Assembly: GCA_964529535.1 (NCBI GenBank)
Contig: CAZGXC010000003.1
Location: forward strand, 265-45,505
Source of the DNA: an uncultured Hyphomicrobiales bacterium
GTDB taxonomy: Bacteria > Bacteroidota > Ignavibacteria > Kapaibacteriales > UBA2268
Reading direction: 5' to 3'
Length of the DNA: 45,241 bases
In this document: positions 9,827-19,267 of the stretch, piece after piece
Numbering within the stretch: position 1 is the stretch's first letter
Layout: each line of letters starts with the position of its first letter
Notes under the pieces: model-generated
What the model was told of the DNA's origin: nothing
Databases searched by the model: none
What the model saw: only the letters and a program-made list of their open reading frames with translations
Position numbers and translations under genes: made by a program

Positions 9827-9949
9827 AATAAGCTCAAATTGGTTGATAGAATAATATTCTTGTAGACAGTTTTTTTATTTCCTTAGTTACAGAATATTAT
9901 TACAAATTTTAATAATTTCGTATAGTTAGTACTTGATTGTAGTTAGTCA

Positions 9950-10768
9950 TTATTCCTTTATAGCTCCGGCTGTTATTCCCTTAATTATTTGCTTTTGGAA
10001 TATCAGGAATAGGATAATTATTGGCAATGCAGAAATCGCTGCACCAGCCATCAAATGCCCCCAATCAATAGTTTGCTTTCCTAAATAAAAGGTCAATCCC
10101 ACCGGCAGGGTGCGCATATTCTCCGAATTTGTAAATAAGAACGGAAACAAGAACGAGTTCCAATTCCCAAGGAATGTATAAATCCCAAGAACTGTAAGGA
10201 TTGGTTTGCATAGTGGCATCACGATGCGAAATAAGATATACCAATTCCCAGCGCCATCGATTCGGGCTGCATCTTCCATATCTTTTGGCAAAGTTAATAA
10301 ATATTGACGCACTAAATATATACCAAATGGAGTAATTAACCAAGGCACAATCAAGGCAGCATAGTGATTGATCCAACCGAAATTAACCATTAAGCGATAA
10401 AGAGGTATCATCACCACGTGCTGAGGAATTATCATCACTCCGGCAATGGCTGCATATAGAAGTGATTTTCCACGAAATTCTTTACGCACCAAAGCATAAG
10501 CCACTGAAGTGCAAAACAGGATATTTCCAGCCGTTACAATTAACGCCACAAGCGTAGAATTAAGGAAATACCTAAAAAATGAATCACTGGAAAAAGCATC
10601 GGTAAAATTACTAATGGTAAAAGGAGATTTGATTAAATCTATTAGTGTTCTATAACTTTCTGGATAGGTCTTAAATGCATAAATCATCATCCATATCACT
10701 GGGAAAACCATCACCAATGATACGAGAACCAAGAAAATATTCAGCAATATGGATTTTATCTTATTCAA
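9950..10768 (-). CDS. carbohydrate ABC transporter permease (CUT1, MalG/UgpE-like)
   Basis: Six TM helices. EAA loop LPKDMEDAARIDGAGNWYILFRIVMPLCKP. Confidence 0.85.
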   Translation of the reverse strand: MNKIKSILLNIFLVLVSLVMVFPVIWMMIYAFKTYPESYRTLIDLIKSPFTISNFTDAFSSDSFFRYFLNSTLVALIVTAGNILFCTSVAYALVRKEFRGKSLLYAAIAGVMIIPQHVVMIPLYRLMVNFGWINHYAALIVPWLITPFGIYLVRQYLLTLPKDMEDAARIDGAGNWYILFRIVMPLCKPILTVLGIYTFLGNWNSFLFPFLFTNSENMRTLPVGLTFYLGKQTIDWGHLMAGAAISALPIIILFLIFQKQIIKGITAGAIKE

Positions 10769-10783
10769 TTATTCACTTAATAA

Positions 10784-12328
10784 TTAATATTTATAATAAT
10801 TGAAGTTTGCCATTATCTCGCCGATTTTATTCTCAATTTGCTTGTAGTATCCAACGCTTCCGCCATTGAAAATAAATGCGAAAATGAACTCGTCTTCGCT
10901 CTTTGTGCCAACGTATCCGGCAAGAGAGCTTACATTTCTCAGCGTGCCAGTTTTGGCGCGAAGATTTCCAGCAGCGGCAGTGCCAACCATTCTTTTCCTA
11001 AGTGTGCCATCAACTCCCGCAATGGCGAAAGTAGAGTCAAATTCTCTGCCCCATCTCTTTTTTCTATTCATTATTAACAGTTTTGATAAACCATCAACAT
11101 TTACTAAATTCCTACGGGAGAGACCACAACCATCATTAAGCATAAAGCCTTGATGTGGAATATAGTTACTATCCAACACCTGCATGACTTTTTCCCTTGC
11201 TGATTGAGCAGTTACTGGATATTTCCCATAGTAACCACCAATGATTTTAAAGACCATTTCAGCTAAATAGTTGTTGCTCTTTTTATTTACTTGATACATG
11301 ATTTCATAGAGTGGGTTACCGCAAGAAGCTATCTCTTTCGCTCCACCGGATTTAATTTCTTGGCATTTACCAATTTTTACCTCTCCGGTTACTTTCACGC
11401 CCATTACTTCAAGTCTTTCTTTCAGCACTCCAGCGGTAGTAATCTCCGGAGATTTATTATAGAAACTATAATATTTCGTTTGATTTGGTGGAATTGTCCC
11501 GCTAATAGTAAAAATGGTTTTATCGCCTTCGGTTCTCATCGCTGTCGAAACTCCACCGACAGCAGCACCCTTCTTCTTTTTTGCGACTGCCCCCACTTGT
11601 GTATTATTCACTATTTCAAAAGAGCGAGAGCTTGGGATTATCTGAATATTCGCTTTTACTCCGCTTTTGCTTCCAGCTTTGACTAAAACATTAATCAAAT
11701 TCCCTTCTATGCTTAGCGCATAAACGGGTCCAGTTGGCTCAACTTCTTCATTGTCTCCACTGTATGAACTTCGCTGAAAATCTTTATCAAAAAAAGTAGG
11801 GTCGGCATAAACATCACCATTGATTTTGCGAATACCGAGATTTCGGATTTTCTCTGCCAATATTTCCATATCATTAATACTTAGGTTAATATCGCCACGC
11901 CCATATAAGTAAATATCACCATTAATTTGATTTCCTTTTATAACCGATGGCAAACAAAACACAGAAGTTTTGATATTGAAATTGGGACCCAAGAAGCTCA
12001 TCGCAGTGAATGTAGTAAACAGCTTTGTGTTGGAAGCAGGAGTCAATAATTTCTCTACATTTTTCTGGAAAATAAACTTTTGAGCCGATTGAGAATATAC
12101 AGCAATACCATATTGAGCCCCCTTTAAATTCACATCATTAAGCACTTGATTAATCTGATTACGAAAGGCATTGATGCTTTTCGCAGAATCCTCGCTCGTT
12201 AGGGCGAGATGGGAAACCGCATTGGCTTGAGCTAAATCTTCAGTAGCTAATTTTTGCTGAGAATAAAAGCTGTAGTTTGGAGAGAAAAGCAGAATCGCTA
12301 TGAACAATAATCTATTAAAATACTTCAT
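10784..12328 (-). CDS. dacB: D-alanyl-D-alanine carboxypeptidase/endopeptidase (PBP4, peptidase S13)
   Basis: Signal peptide. SxxK motif in PASNTKLFT and KTG motif in RAKTGTLRNVSSLAGY. 514 aa, PBP4-like length. Confidence 0.85.
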   Translation of the reverse strand: MKYFNRLLFIAILLFSPNYSFYSQQKLATEDLAQANAVSHLALTSEDSAKSINAFRNQINQVLNDVNLKGAQYGIAVYSQSAQKFIFQKNVEKLLTPASNTKLFTTFTAMSFLGPNFNIKTSVFCLPSVIKGNQINGDIYLYGRGDINLSINDMEILAEKIRNLGIRKINGDVYADPTFFDKDFQRSSYSGDNEEVEPTGPVYALSIEGNLINVLVKAGSKSGVKANIQIIPSSRSFEIVNNTQVGAVAKKKKGAAVGGVSTAMRTEGDKTIFTISGTIPPNQTKYYSFYNKSPEITTAGVLKERLEVMGVKVTGEVKIGKCQEIKSGGAKEIASCGNPLYEIMYQVNKKSNNYLAEMVFKIIGGYYGKYPVTAQSAREKVMQVLDSNYIPHQGFMLNDGCGLSRRNLVNVDGLSKLLIMNRKKRWGREFDSTFAIAGVDGTLRKRMVGTAAAGNLRAKTGTLRNVSSLAGYVGTKSEDEFIFAFIFNGGSVGYYKQIENKIGEIMANFNYYKY

Positions 12329-12365
12329 TAGTCGGAATTAATAATTAAAAGAACTACAAAAATAA

Positions 12366-12394
12366 CTCTTTTTTAGCTATTGGCAAAAAAAGAG
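12366..12394 (-). terminator. weak AT-rich hairpin downstream of the efflux operon
   Basis: CTCTTTTTT / AAAAAAGAG inverted repeat with an 11-nt loop, followed on the minus strand by a T-rich run. Confidence 0.3.
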
Positions 12395-12412
12395 AAGAAA
12401 TTGAGCTAATTA

Positions 12413-13642
12413 TTATTCATATCTCAAGGCTTCTATTGGATCTAAATTGGCTGCTTTCCAAGCTGGATAAGCACCAGAGACAATTCCCAATATAGTGCAT
12501 ATTACGATGGCAAAAATAATCCAATCTATCGGAAATGCCATTTTTAAGCTCATTGGAATTGTAAGCAAATACGCCCCACCCAAACCCAAGATGATCCCCA
12601 TAAAAGCACCAATTTGGCAAAGGGTGATGGTCTCTATGATAAATTGATAGAGTATCCAACTCTTCCTTGCACCCAAGGCTTTGCGCACTCCAATTTCGCG
12701 CGTTCTTTCCTTTACAGATACAAGCATAATATTCATTATTCCAATCCCAGCAGCAACCAATGAAATAATTCCGCAAATTATCCCGAAGTATGTCAGGTAA
12801 TTCGTAAATCCCTTAAATGTATCGCTAATACTTGTATTGCTTTCTATCTCAAAATCATTTTCTTCCCAAGGCTTTAGATTCCTAATAATCCTGAATTGAT
12901 TAATCGCCGCATCAAAGAGTTGAGTATATTCCTTGCGATTCTTTGCATGGACGAACATCGTGAGAGATTGAGAGTATTCATCAGCATAATATGTAAGAAA
13001 TGAATTTAGTGGAACGAAGACAAAATTATCTTGGCTCTGCCCCATCACTGCTCCCTTTGTGTTGGTTATTCCAACAATCTCATAGCTATGATTATCTACT
13101 GTAATCGTTTTGCCAATGGGGTCAATGCTTTTGAAGACTTTAGTAATAATGTCGTTACCAATTACTGCGACGCTTCTATTAAAAGTAATATCTTCTGCTA
13201 TTATATTTCTTCCTTTAATAATATTCCTACCCATAGCGAGCAAACCATTTTCATCAATTCCCGCGATAGATACATCGGGATCAGAAGATTTCCCTGAATA
13301 TTTTACCGTCTTCCCTCTATCTTGCGATACTGCACTTATATATTCTGCTTGCGTTAAGCGTTTCTTTAGTTCTGTATATTGTTTAAAAGAAAGATCTTTG
13401 CGCGTTTGATATTTTCTCCAATTATGCCCCATCATTACGGCAGGAGTCTTTTGAATGAAGAAAGTCCCTTCGCCCATAGAATTTACTTCATCAAGCACCG
13501 CGCCCTCCACGGAGCGAGTGATTGCCCCAGCTCCAATAATAGCGAAAACACCGATAGTAACGCTTAATAATGTCAGCAAAGTGCGCAATTTATTCCCACG
13601 CACTGAATCTAATGCTATATATATACTTTCGCTAATATTCAT
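12413..13642 (-). CDS. ABC transporter permease, MacB/FtsX family
   Basis: N-terminal TM, a ~230-aa periplasmic MacB-type domain, then the C-terminal FtsX 3-TM bundle with KERTREIGVRKALGA. Confidence 0.8.
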   Translation of the reverse strand: MNISESIYIALDSVRGNKLRTLLTLLSVTIGVFAIIGAGAITRSVEGAVLDEVNSMGEGTFFIQKTPAVMMGHNWRKYQTRKDLSFKQYTELKKRLTQAEYISAVSQDRGKTVKYSGKSSDPDVSIAGIDENGLLAMGRNIIKGRNIIAEDITFNRSVAVIGNDIITKVFKSIDPIGKTITVDNHSYEIVGITNTKGAVMGQSQDNFVFVPLNSFLTYYADEYSQSLTMFVHAKNRKEYTQLFDAAINQFRIIRNLKPWEENDFEIESNTSISDTFKGFTNYLTYFGIICGIISLVAAGIGIMNIMLVSVKERTREIGVRKALGARKSWILYQFIIETITLCQIGAFMGIILGLGGAYLLTIPMSLKMAFPIDWIIFAIVICTILGIVSGAYPAWKAANLDPIEALRYE

Positions 13643-13653
13643 TGACCATTTCT

Positions 13654-13701
13654 TTCGTTATTCGTTAATTCGTTATTATTGATATTGTAATTGTAATTGT
13701 A
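13654..13701. repeat. short tandem repeats in the inter-permease spacer
   Basis: TTCGTTA(A) x3 at 13654-13675 and ATTGTA x3 at 13684-13701. Confidence 0.85.
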
Positions 13702-13705
13702 ACTA

Positions 13706-14956
13706 TTATTCAAATCTTAAAGCATCTACTACATCTAATTTTGCTGCTCGATACGCTGGAATTAAGCCCGCCAAAATACCTACTACGATTGATACTAATG
13801 TAGCGATAATAAATAGATTTAGCGGCATAAATGGCGATAGGAAAGAAAGCGACGGCACGAACATCGGGATAATTTTTGCCAAAGCAAATACAATGATTGA
13901 ACAGACGAATAAAGCCGTAATAGCTCCGATGAAGCAAAGCACGGCTGCTTCGATAATGAATTGCACCAATATTGAACTCTTCGGAGCGCCAAGAGCTTTC
14001 CGAATACCGATTTCCTTAGTCCTCTCCACAACAGATACGAACATTATATTCATTATGCCGATTATGCCTACTATAAAAGAAAGCACGGTCATTCCCAAGC
14101 CAATTCCCCACACATACACTCTAAATTTCTTCATTGATTCTTCGAATTGCTTTGTGTCATTGAGAGAGAAATCATTATCTTCACCGGGCTTGACGTTACG
14201 AATACTGCGCATCAATCCTTCTGCCTCTGCTTTCACTTCTTCTAATCTATCAGTATTTCCTGCTTTAATCGTAATCGTATAGCTTCCATTAGATCCAAAT
14301 ATTTTAGCGAATGATTTTAGTGGGACTTTGATGATATTATCAAGAAAATCCATCATTACAGTTGATTGCTTCTTCGCCACTCCAATCACAGTATATTTAA
14401 ATCCATTGATTTTTATTTCTTTTCCGAGAGCACCACCATCGGGAAATAAAGCCTTGTTAATATTATAACCAATTACTGCTACGTTCCTGCCGAGATTAGT
14501 TTCCATTTCATTAAAGAATCTACCCTCGGTGATTTCTCCGCCCTTTGTGAGAGAGTAATCGCTTAATGTCCCGCTACAACTCGCCGTGTTTAAAGTTTGA
14601 TCTTTATATTTGACAACAGCTCCATTTTGGCTAATTTCAGGCGTGGCAACTTCTGGAGTCTTTACTTTTTCTATAAATTCATCTACTTGATCTCGTGTGA
14701 TGCTTTTTCTCTGTCTTATTTCTTCCCATTTGGAACCACCAGACCAATCCCACTTATCTAAATAAACCATATCCGCCCCCATCAAATTGATGGTGTCTTG
14801 CAAAGCAGCATCGAGAGCAGACAATGCCCACCCCATCAAAATCACTACGGAAATCCCCACCACAACGCCAAGCGATGCGAGAAATGACCGCATTTTATTT
14901 GATTTTATCGAATGAAGGGCAATTTTAATTGCTTCGGATATTTCGGAAAATTTCAT
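13706..14956 (-). CDS. ABC transporter permease, MacB/FtsX family (second paralogue)
   Basis: Same architecture as the neighbouring permease. VERTKEIGIRKALGA motif. Confidence 0.8.
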   Translation of the reverse strand: MKFSEISEAIKIALHSIKSNKMRSFLASLGVVVGISVVILMGWALSALDAALQDTINLMGADMVYLDKWDWSGGSKWEEIRQRKSITRDQVDEFIEKVKTPEVATPEISQNGAVVKYKDQTLNTASCSGTLSDYSLTKGGEITEGRFFNEMETNLGRNVAVIGYNINKALFPDGGALGKEIKINGFKYTVIGVAKKQSTVMMDFLDNIIKVPLKSFAKIFGSNGSYTITIKAGNTDRLEEVKAEAEGLMRSIRNVKPGEDNDFSLNDTKQFEESMKKFRVYVWGIGLGMTVLSFIVGIIGIMNIMFVSVVERTKEIGIRKALGAPKSSILVQFIIEAAVLCFIGAITALFVCSIIVFALAKIIPMFVPSLSFLSPFMPLNLFIIATLVSIVVGILAGLIPAYRAAKLDVVDALRFE

Positions 14957-14973
14957 CTTGTGGATTGTATAGT

Positions 14974-15702
14974 TTAATTATTGACTTGAATTTCAAATGA
15001 CTTTATTGGATTATGATTTACTTCGTCGCTTTCTATCAGACCATCTCTCAGCCTAATGATTCTATGGGCATGCTCTGCAATTTCTTCTTCGTGAGTTACC
15101 ACGATAATAGTATTTCCCAACTCCCACAAATCATTGAAGAGTTTCATTATTTCTACGCCTGTTTTACTGTCTAAGTTACCAGTAGGTTCATCTGCTAATA
15201 TAATAGATGGATTCGTTACCAAAGCCCTGGCTATCGCCACTCTTTGGCGTTGTCCGCCGGAGAGTTCATTTGGCTTGTGTAGCATTCTATCCGCCAAAGC
15301 GACGTTATTTAATGCGATTGTGGCAAGTTCTTCTCTCTCGGCTGCTTTCACTCCGGCATATACTAATGGTAATTCTACATTTTTTAGCGATGATAGCCTT
15401 GGCAGTAGGTTAAATGTCTGGAATACAAATCCAATTTCCTTATTCCTAATCTTGGCAAGTTCATTATCGCCCATTTCGCTCACATTTTCTTCATAAAAGA
15501 AATAATTGCCACCCGTAGGAGTATCGAGGCATCCGAGGATGTTCATAAGTGTAGATTTCCCACTTCCCGAAGGTCCCATAATAGCCAAATATTCATTTTT
15601 ATGAATGTCGAGCGATACATCACGCAGAGCATATACCAACTCTTCGCCCATTTCGTAAATTTTAGAGATATTCTCTATATGTATAATTACATTATTTTCC
15701 AT
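14974..15702 (-). CDS. ABC transporter ATP-binding protein (MacB/LolD-type)
   Basis: Walker [10 protein letters not shown], signature [15 protein letters not shown], Walker [12 protein letters not shown]. Confidence 0.9.
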   Translation of the reverse strand: MENNVIIHIENISKIYEMGEELVYALRDVSLDIHKNEYLAIMGPSGSGKSTLMNILGCLDTPTGGNYFFYEENVSEMGDNELAKIRNKEIGFVFQTFNLLPRLSSLKNVELPLVYAGVKAAEREELATIALNNVALADRMLHKPNELSGGQRQRVAIARALVTNPSIILADEPTGNLDSKTGVEIMKLFNDLWELGNTIIVVTHEEEIAEHAHRIIRLRDGLIESDEVNHNPIKSFEIQVNN

Positions 15703-15711
15703 TTAATTCTA

Positions 15712-16986
15712 TTAATTACTGATAGTGATTTTATCTACTGGTTTGACTTCAGCTCCATCAAATAACTCTTTGCGAATTGCCATATAACTTCCGCTAACTA
15801 CTAAATCGCCTTCCTTCAATCCTTCTTTGATTTCGATATAGCCATTATCGCTTAATCCAGTCTTTACTTTTACCATTTTCACGTGATTATTGGATTCTAA
15901 TAGATATACATAAACATCTGTGCTAATATTCTTTGATTTATTTTTGCTATTATCATTTTCTTTCTCTGTCTCTTCTTCCATATCGTGGTTATTTCCTGCG
16001 GCGGTATTTTCTGTTACGGATTGCAATGGCACAGAAATAACGTTTGTGCTTTGCTCTGTGCTAATATCAACGTTGCAGCTCATTCCCGGACGGAATTTTG
16101 GATCAAGATTTAAGATTCTTATTTTTACTTTGAAGTTAGTTACTTGGCTTTGCGTTCCTGCCGCTGCTGCGATTGCAGAATGCCCTATTTCAATTACTTC
16201 GCCTTCGAAAGTCTTCCCTGGTAAAGCATCTACTTCGATTTTTGCTTTGTCGCCAATTTTAACGAGAATAATATCATTCTCATCGACTTGCACTTCTGCG
16301 TTCATTACGTTCAGGTCAGAGATTATCATCATTTCAGTTCCTTGCATCATTTCCGTGCCGACTACTTTTTCTCCTTTTAGGACATTTAGCTTAGTAACTG
16401 TTCCAGATATTGGAGAATATAGCACAGTTTTAGCGGCTGTTTTCTCTGTTTGGCGATAGCTTGCTTTCGCTTGTTCGTATCTCAATTCAGAGGCATTTGC
16501 AGATGATTTCGCTGCATTTAGCGCATTCTTCGCAGTTTCAAATTCCTGCTGCGAAATATATTTTTTCTCATAAAGCTCACTTGCGCGTTTGAACTCCGCT
16601 TCTGCTTTTGCGAGGTTGGATTTGCTTGATGGAATATCGGATTTTACTGCTTCGGCAGAGAATTTCGATTGCTCAAGCTGAGATTTAATAATATCCGGTT
16701 TTATTCTCGCGAGAAGTTGCCCAGTCGTTACTTTATCTCCTTCTTTAATATTCATTTCGATTAACTCGCCACTTGTCTCTGGGGAGATTTTCACTTCTGT
16801 TTCTGGTTTTATTTTCCCTATCGCGGATACTTTTTGAACGATTGTCCTGCGGGCTACTTTTTCTGTAGTTACCTCTATTTGCTTCTTGTTTTTACTCGTA
16901 ACAAGCACAGCCGCAATAATGATTAATAGGAATAATGAGGAGAATATGATTATATTTCTCTTCTTCTTTGATTTCTTAGTTTTCAT
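15712..16986 (-). CDS. efflux periplasmic adaptor (MacA/HlyD family)
   Basis: N-terminal TM, lipoyl/barrel-sandwich segments (GELIEMNIKEGDKVTTGQLLARI), a long coiled-coil hairpin, and a beta-barrel domain. Confidence 0.8.
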   Translation of the reverse strand: MKTKKSKKKRNIIIFSSLFLLIIIAAVLVTSKNKKQIEVTTEKVARRTIVQKVSAIGKIKPETEVKISPETSGELIEMNIKEGDKVTTGQLLARIKPDIIKSQLEQSKFSAEAVKSDIPSSKSNLAKAEAEFKRASELYEKKYISQQEFETAKNALNAAKSSANASELRYEQAKASYRQTEKTAAKTVLYSPISGTVTKLNVLKGEKVVGTEMMQGTEMMIISDLNVMNAEVQVDENDIILVKIGDKAKIEVDALPGKTFEGEVIEIGHSAIAAAAGTQSQVTNFKVKIRILNLDPKFRPGMSCNVDISTEQSTNVISVPLQSVTENTAAGNNHDMEEETEKENDNSKNKSKNISTDVYVYLLESNNHVKMVKVKTGLSDNGYIEIKEGLKEGDLVVSGSYMAIRKELFDGAEVKPVDKITISN

Positions 16987-17052
16987 AATTATACTTCTAT
17001 TTTTCTGTAATATATAACTAATATTTGAATTTCTTGTGTTATTGATAATGGA

Positions 17053-17772
17053 TTATTGATTATTACCATTTAATTCTTCTAAATCACTTTTATGGAAAAC
17101 TGCTGTTCCCGACCATTTATCGTGAAAAGACATCTTGCTTTCGCTGAAGATGAAGAAATATCCAACGAAGATTACCAATCCCATAATAGTTCCTGCGAAG
17201 CCCAATACTGCTCCCAATATTGGAACAGCACCAAACACAGCAAGTATTTCGCTTGAATGCTTGTAGGCATATCTCATCATTAAACTTGATTTGCTGGCGT
17301 ATTTACCATTCATATCTGCTATTTGAATACCGAGCAATAGCTTACCGATTGAAGCGCCTAATACAATCTCTAAAGCAAAATAGAATAGAGCAATAAACTG
17401 ATTAAATAGGAAAGTTAAGTAATAATCATTGGCTAATGTAGCAAATTGGGTTGCCATTGCCATAAAGTCAGATGAATTGGAGCCAACTATTCTCTGAACA
17501 GCTTGCAAATACCCAGACGAGAACATTATTATGCCCATAATAATGGAGAGTATCACTGTATCAACAAGATATGCTAAAAATCTCTTGCCGAAGCCAACTC
17601 TTTTGCTCATGATATTGTTTGTTTGGAACTGCTGATAATGTAAGTAGATAGCAGTATCCACTTCTTGTTTTTCTTCTGGCGCCATCTGTTCGTAACAGTT
17701 GTTGCACAATCCCGGAGTTTTAAAGTAAGAATCTGATGGATATTCATTTCCACATTTGTTGCATTTCATCAT
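17053..17772 (-). CDS. RDD-family membrane protein with N-terminal zinc ribbon
   Basis: CNKCGN...CNNCY (CxxC...CxxC). RDD signature: GFGKRFLAYLVDTVIL, GASIGKLLLGIQI, FHDKWSGTAV. 3-4 TM helices. Confidence 0.7.
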   Translation of the reverse strand: MMKCNKCGNEYPSDSYFKTPGLCNNCYEQMAPEEKQEVDTAIYLHYQQFQTNNIMSKRVGFGKRFLAYLVDTVILSIIMGIIMFSSGYLQAVQRIVGSNSSDFMAMATQFATLANDYYLTFLFNQFIALFYFALEIVLGASIGKLLLGIQIADMNGKYASKSSLMMRYAYKHSSEILAVFGAVPILGAVLGFAGTIMGLVIFVGYFFIFSESKMSFHDKWSGTAVFHKSDLEELNGNNQ

Positions 17773-17824
17773 TGATTTCCTTATAATTTACTAATACAAT
17801 TATTTTTTGATTATTATTTTTTGA

Positions 17825-19192
17825 TTATTGATTTGCTATTTGATATTCAATTTCCCTTTGGGCAATATAGAAATTATAGAAAGCATTGTTTCTATTGATT
17901 TGAGCAACGACAAAAGAATTATTGGCAGTGATGAAATCTGTAATACTTGCTGATCCGAGGTTGAATCTTTCTTTTGCGATGTCATAGTTCTTTTGGGCGG
18001 CAGCCAAAGCTCTATCGCCGATTTCCAACTGCTTGCTTGCCAATATTAAGTTATGATGAGACAAGCTAATGGCATTTCGGATATTTTGCTTTAATTTAAA
18101 TAATTCAGTTTCATTTTGCATTACTTCATATTTTGCGTTCTCTATCTGATAATTTGTCTGAAATTGATCGAATAATGGAAAGCTCAAAGAAGCGCCTACA
18201 TAAGCTCTGCTCATTTCAGAGAATTGCTCCAACTTACTATTTGACCAACTCCAACCGGCATTTGCAGCTAATTTTGGATAATAACCACTATGGGCAGATT
18301 CCATTGATAGCTTAGCCGCCTCGATGGTATTATTAAATGCGAGAATGTCATTGCGATTATTGATAGCATTATTATAAAGCATTTCAATATCACTATATTT
18401 TTCCATGACTTGCTTCATTCCTATAGCATCATTGCTGAATGGAACGCTCTCTGCTGAAAGAGAAATTTCAGTATTAAGTGGCATTCCAATTAAGTTCAGT
18501 AAATTCAGTTTGCTATTGTTTAAATCATTTTCGGCTTGGACTATCGCAAATTCTCTATTTGCGAGCTCTGCTTCTTGAGAAGCTACTACACCTATATGAA
18601 TTGCTCCTGCCTCGAATTTTGCTTTAATTTCTGCGAGTTGATCTTTTCCAAGGGAATAGTTATGCGATTGAATACTGATCTCTTGTATTTTCTTAATGAC
18701 TTCTACATATGCCTTATTAATATTGTTAATCAATTGATTTTTAAAGGCTTTCAGGTTGTAATCGCTCGACTGCAGGTTTAGCTGAGCTCTCTTGTAATTA
18801 TTGGAGCGATTAAATCCATCGAAGAGGTTATAATTGATTCCGATACCGGTGGAGAATGAATTTGGCTCGGCTCCGGGGACTTCAATAACTTGCCCCATCA
18901 CGCTCATTTTCTTAGCTCCATTATTCAATAATTGGCGATTATATGAAGCTGAGAAATCTGCTTGCGGAAAGTATTGCCCATTAGCGTTTTTAAGTGCCGC
19001 TTCAGAGACATGAGTTCTCTGTTTCATTAACTGATAATCGGGGTTTTGCTCTAAGGCAATATTAATACAGTTGTCCAATGTTAGGTGTTTCACGGAAGAA
19101 CTTGATTCCTGAGCTTTTAGGCTCATAACCAAGTTTATTACCATTAAAAAAATTACTGCTTTTGACATAATAATTTGTATTGTTTTTTGCAT
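17825..19192 (-). CDS. TolC-family outer-membrane efflux protein
   Basis: Signal peptide. Two repeats of coiled-coil/beta-strand OEP architecture. 455 aa, at the head of the MacAB-like operon. Confidence 0.8.
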   Translation of the reverse strand: MQKTIQIIMSKAVIFLMVINLVMSLKAQESSSSVKHLTLDNCINIALEQNPDYQLMKQRTHVSEAALKNANGQYFPQADFSASYNRQLLNNGAKKMSVMGQVIEVPGAEPNSFSTGIGINYNLFDGFNRSNNYKRAQLNLQSSDYNLKAFKNQLINNINKAYVEVIKKIQEISIQSHNYSLGKDQLAEIKAKFEAGAIHIGVVASQEAELANREFAIVQAENDLNNSKLNLLNLIGMPLNTEISLSAESVPFSNDAIGMKQVMEKYSDIEMLYNNAINNRNDILAFNNTIEAAKLSMESAHSGYYPKLAANAGWSWSNSKLEQFSEMSRAYVGASLSFPLFDQFQTNYQIENAKYEVMQNETELFKLKQNIRNAISLSHHNLILASKQLEIGDRALAAAQKNYDIAKERFNLGSASITDFITANNSFVVAQINRNNAFYNFYIAQREIEYQIANQ

Positions 19193-19267
19193 AACTACTC
19201 AATGTAAATAGAATATAAAATATTTACGCAGGCTTATTAGTATTGTTTCATAATAGAAAAAAAAAAT

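Noticed and set aside
10838-11686. Three plus-strand ORFs (79, 95 and 131 aa) inside dacB
   Set aside because: They are antisense shadows of a gene with clear PBP4 motifs. No start context or recognisable domains.
13031-14282. Several plus-strand ORFs (62-129 aa) inside the two MacB-type permease genes, plus minus-strand alternative-frame ORFs at 12417-12776, 13710-13937 and 13819-14031
   Set aside because: They overlap strongly supported FtsX/MacB coding frames. They are composition artefacts.
15920-16459. 179-aa plus-strand ORF antisense to the MacA-like adaptor gene
   Set aside because: The sequence is Ser/Phe/Ile-rich and low in complexity. The opposite frame encodes a coherent HlyD-family protein.
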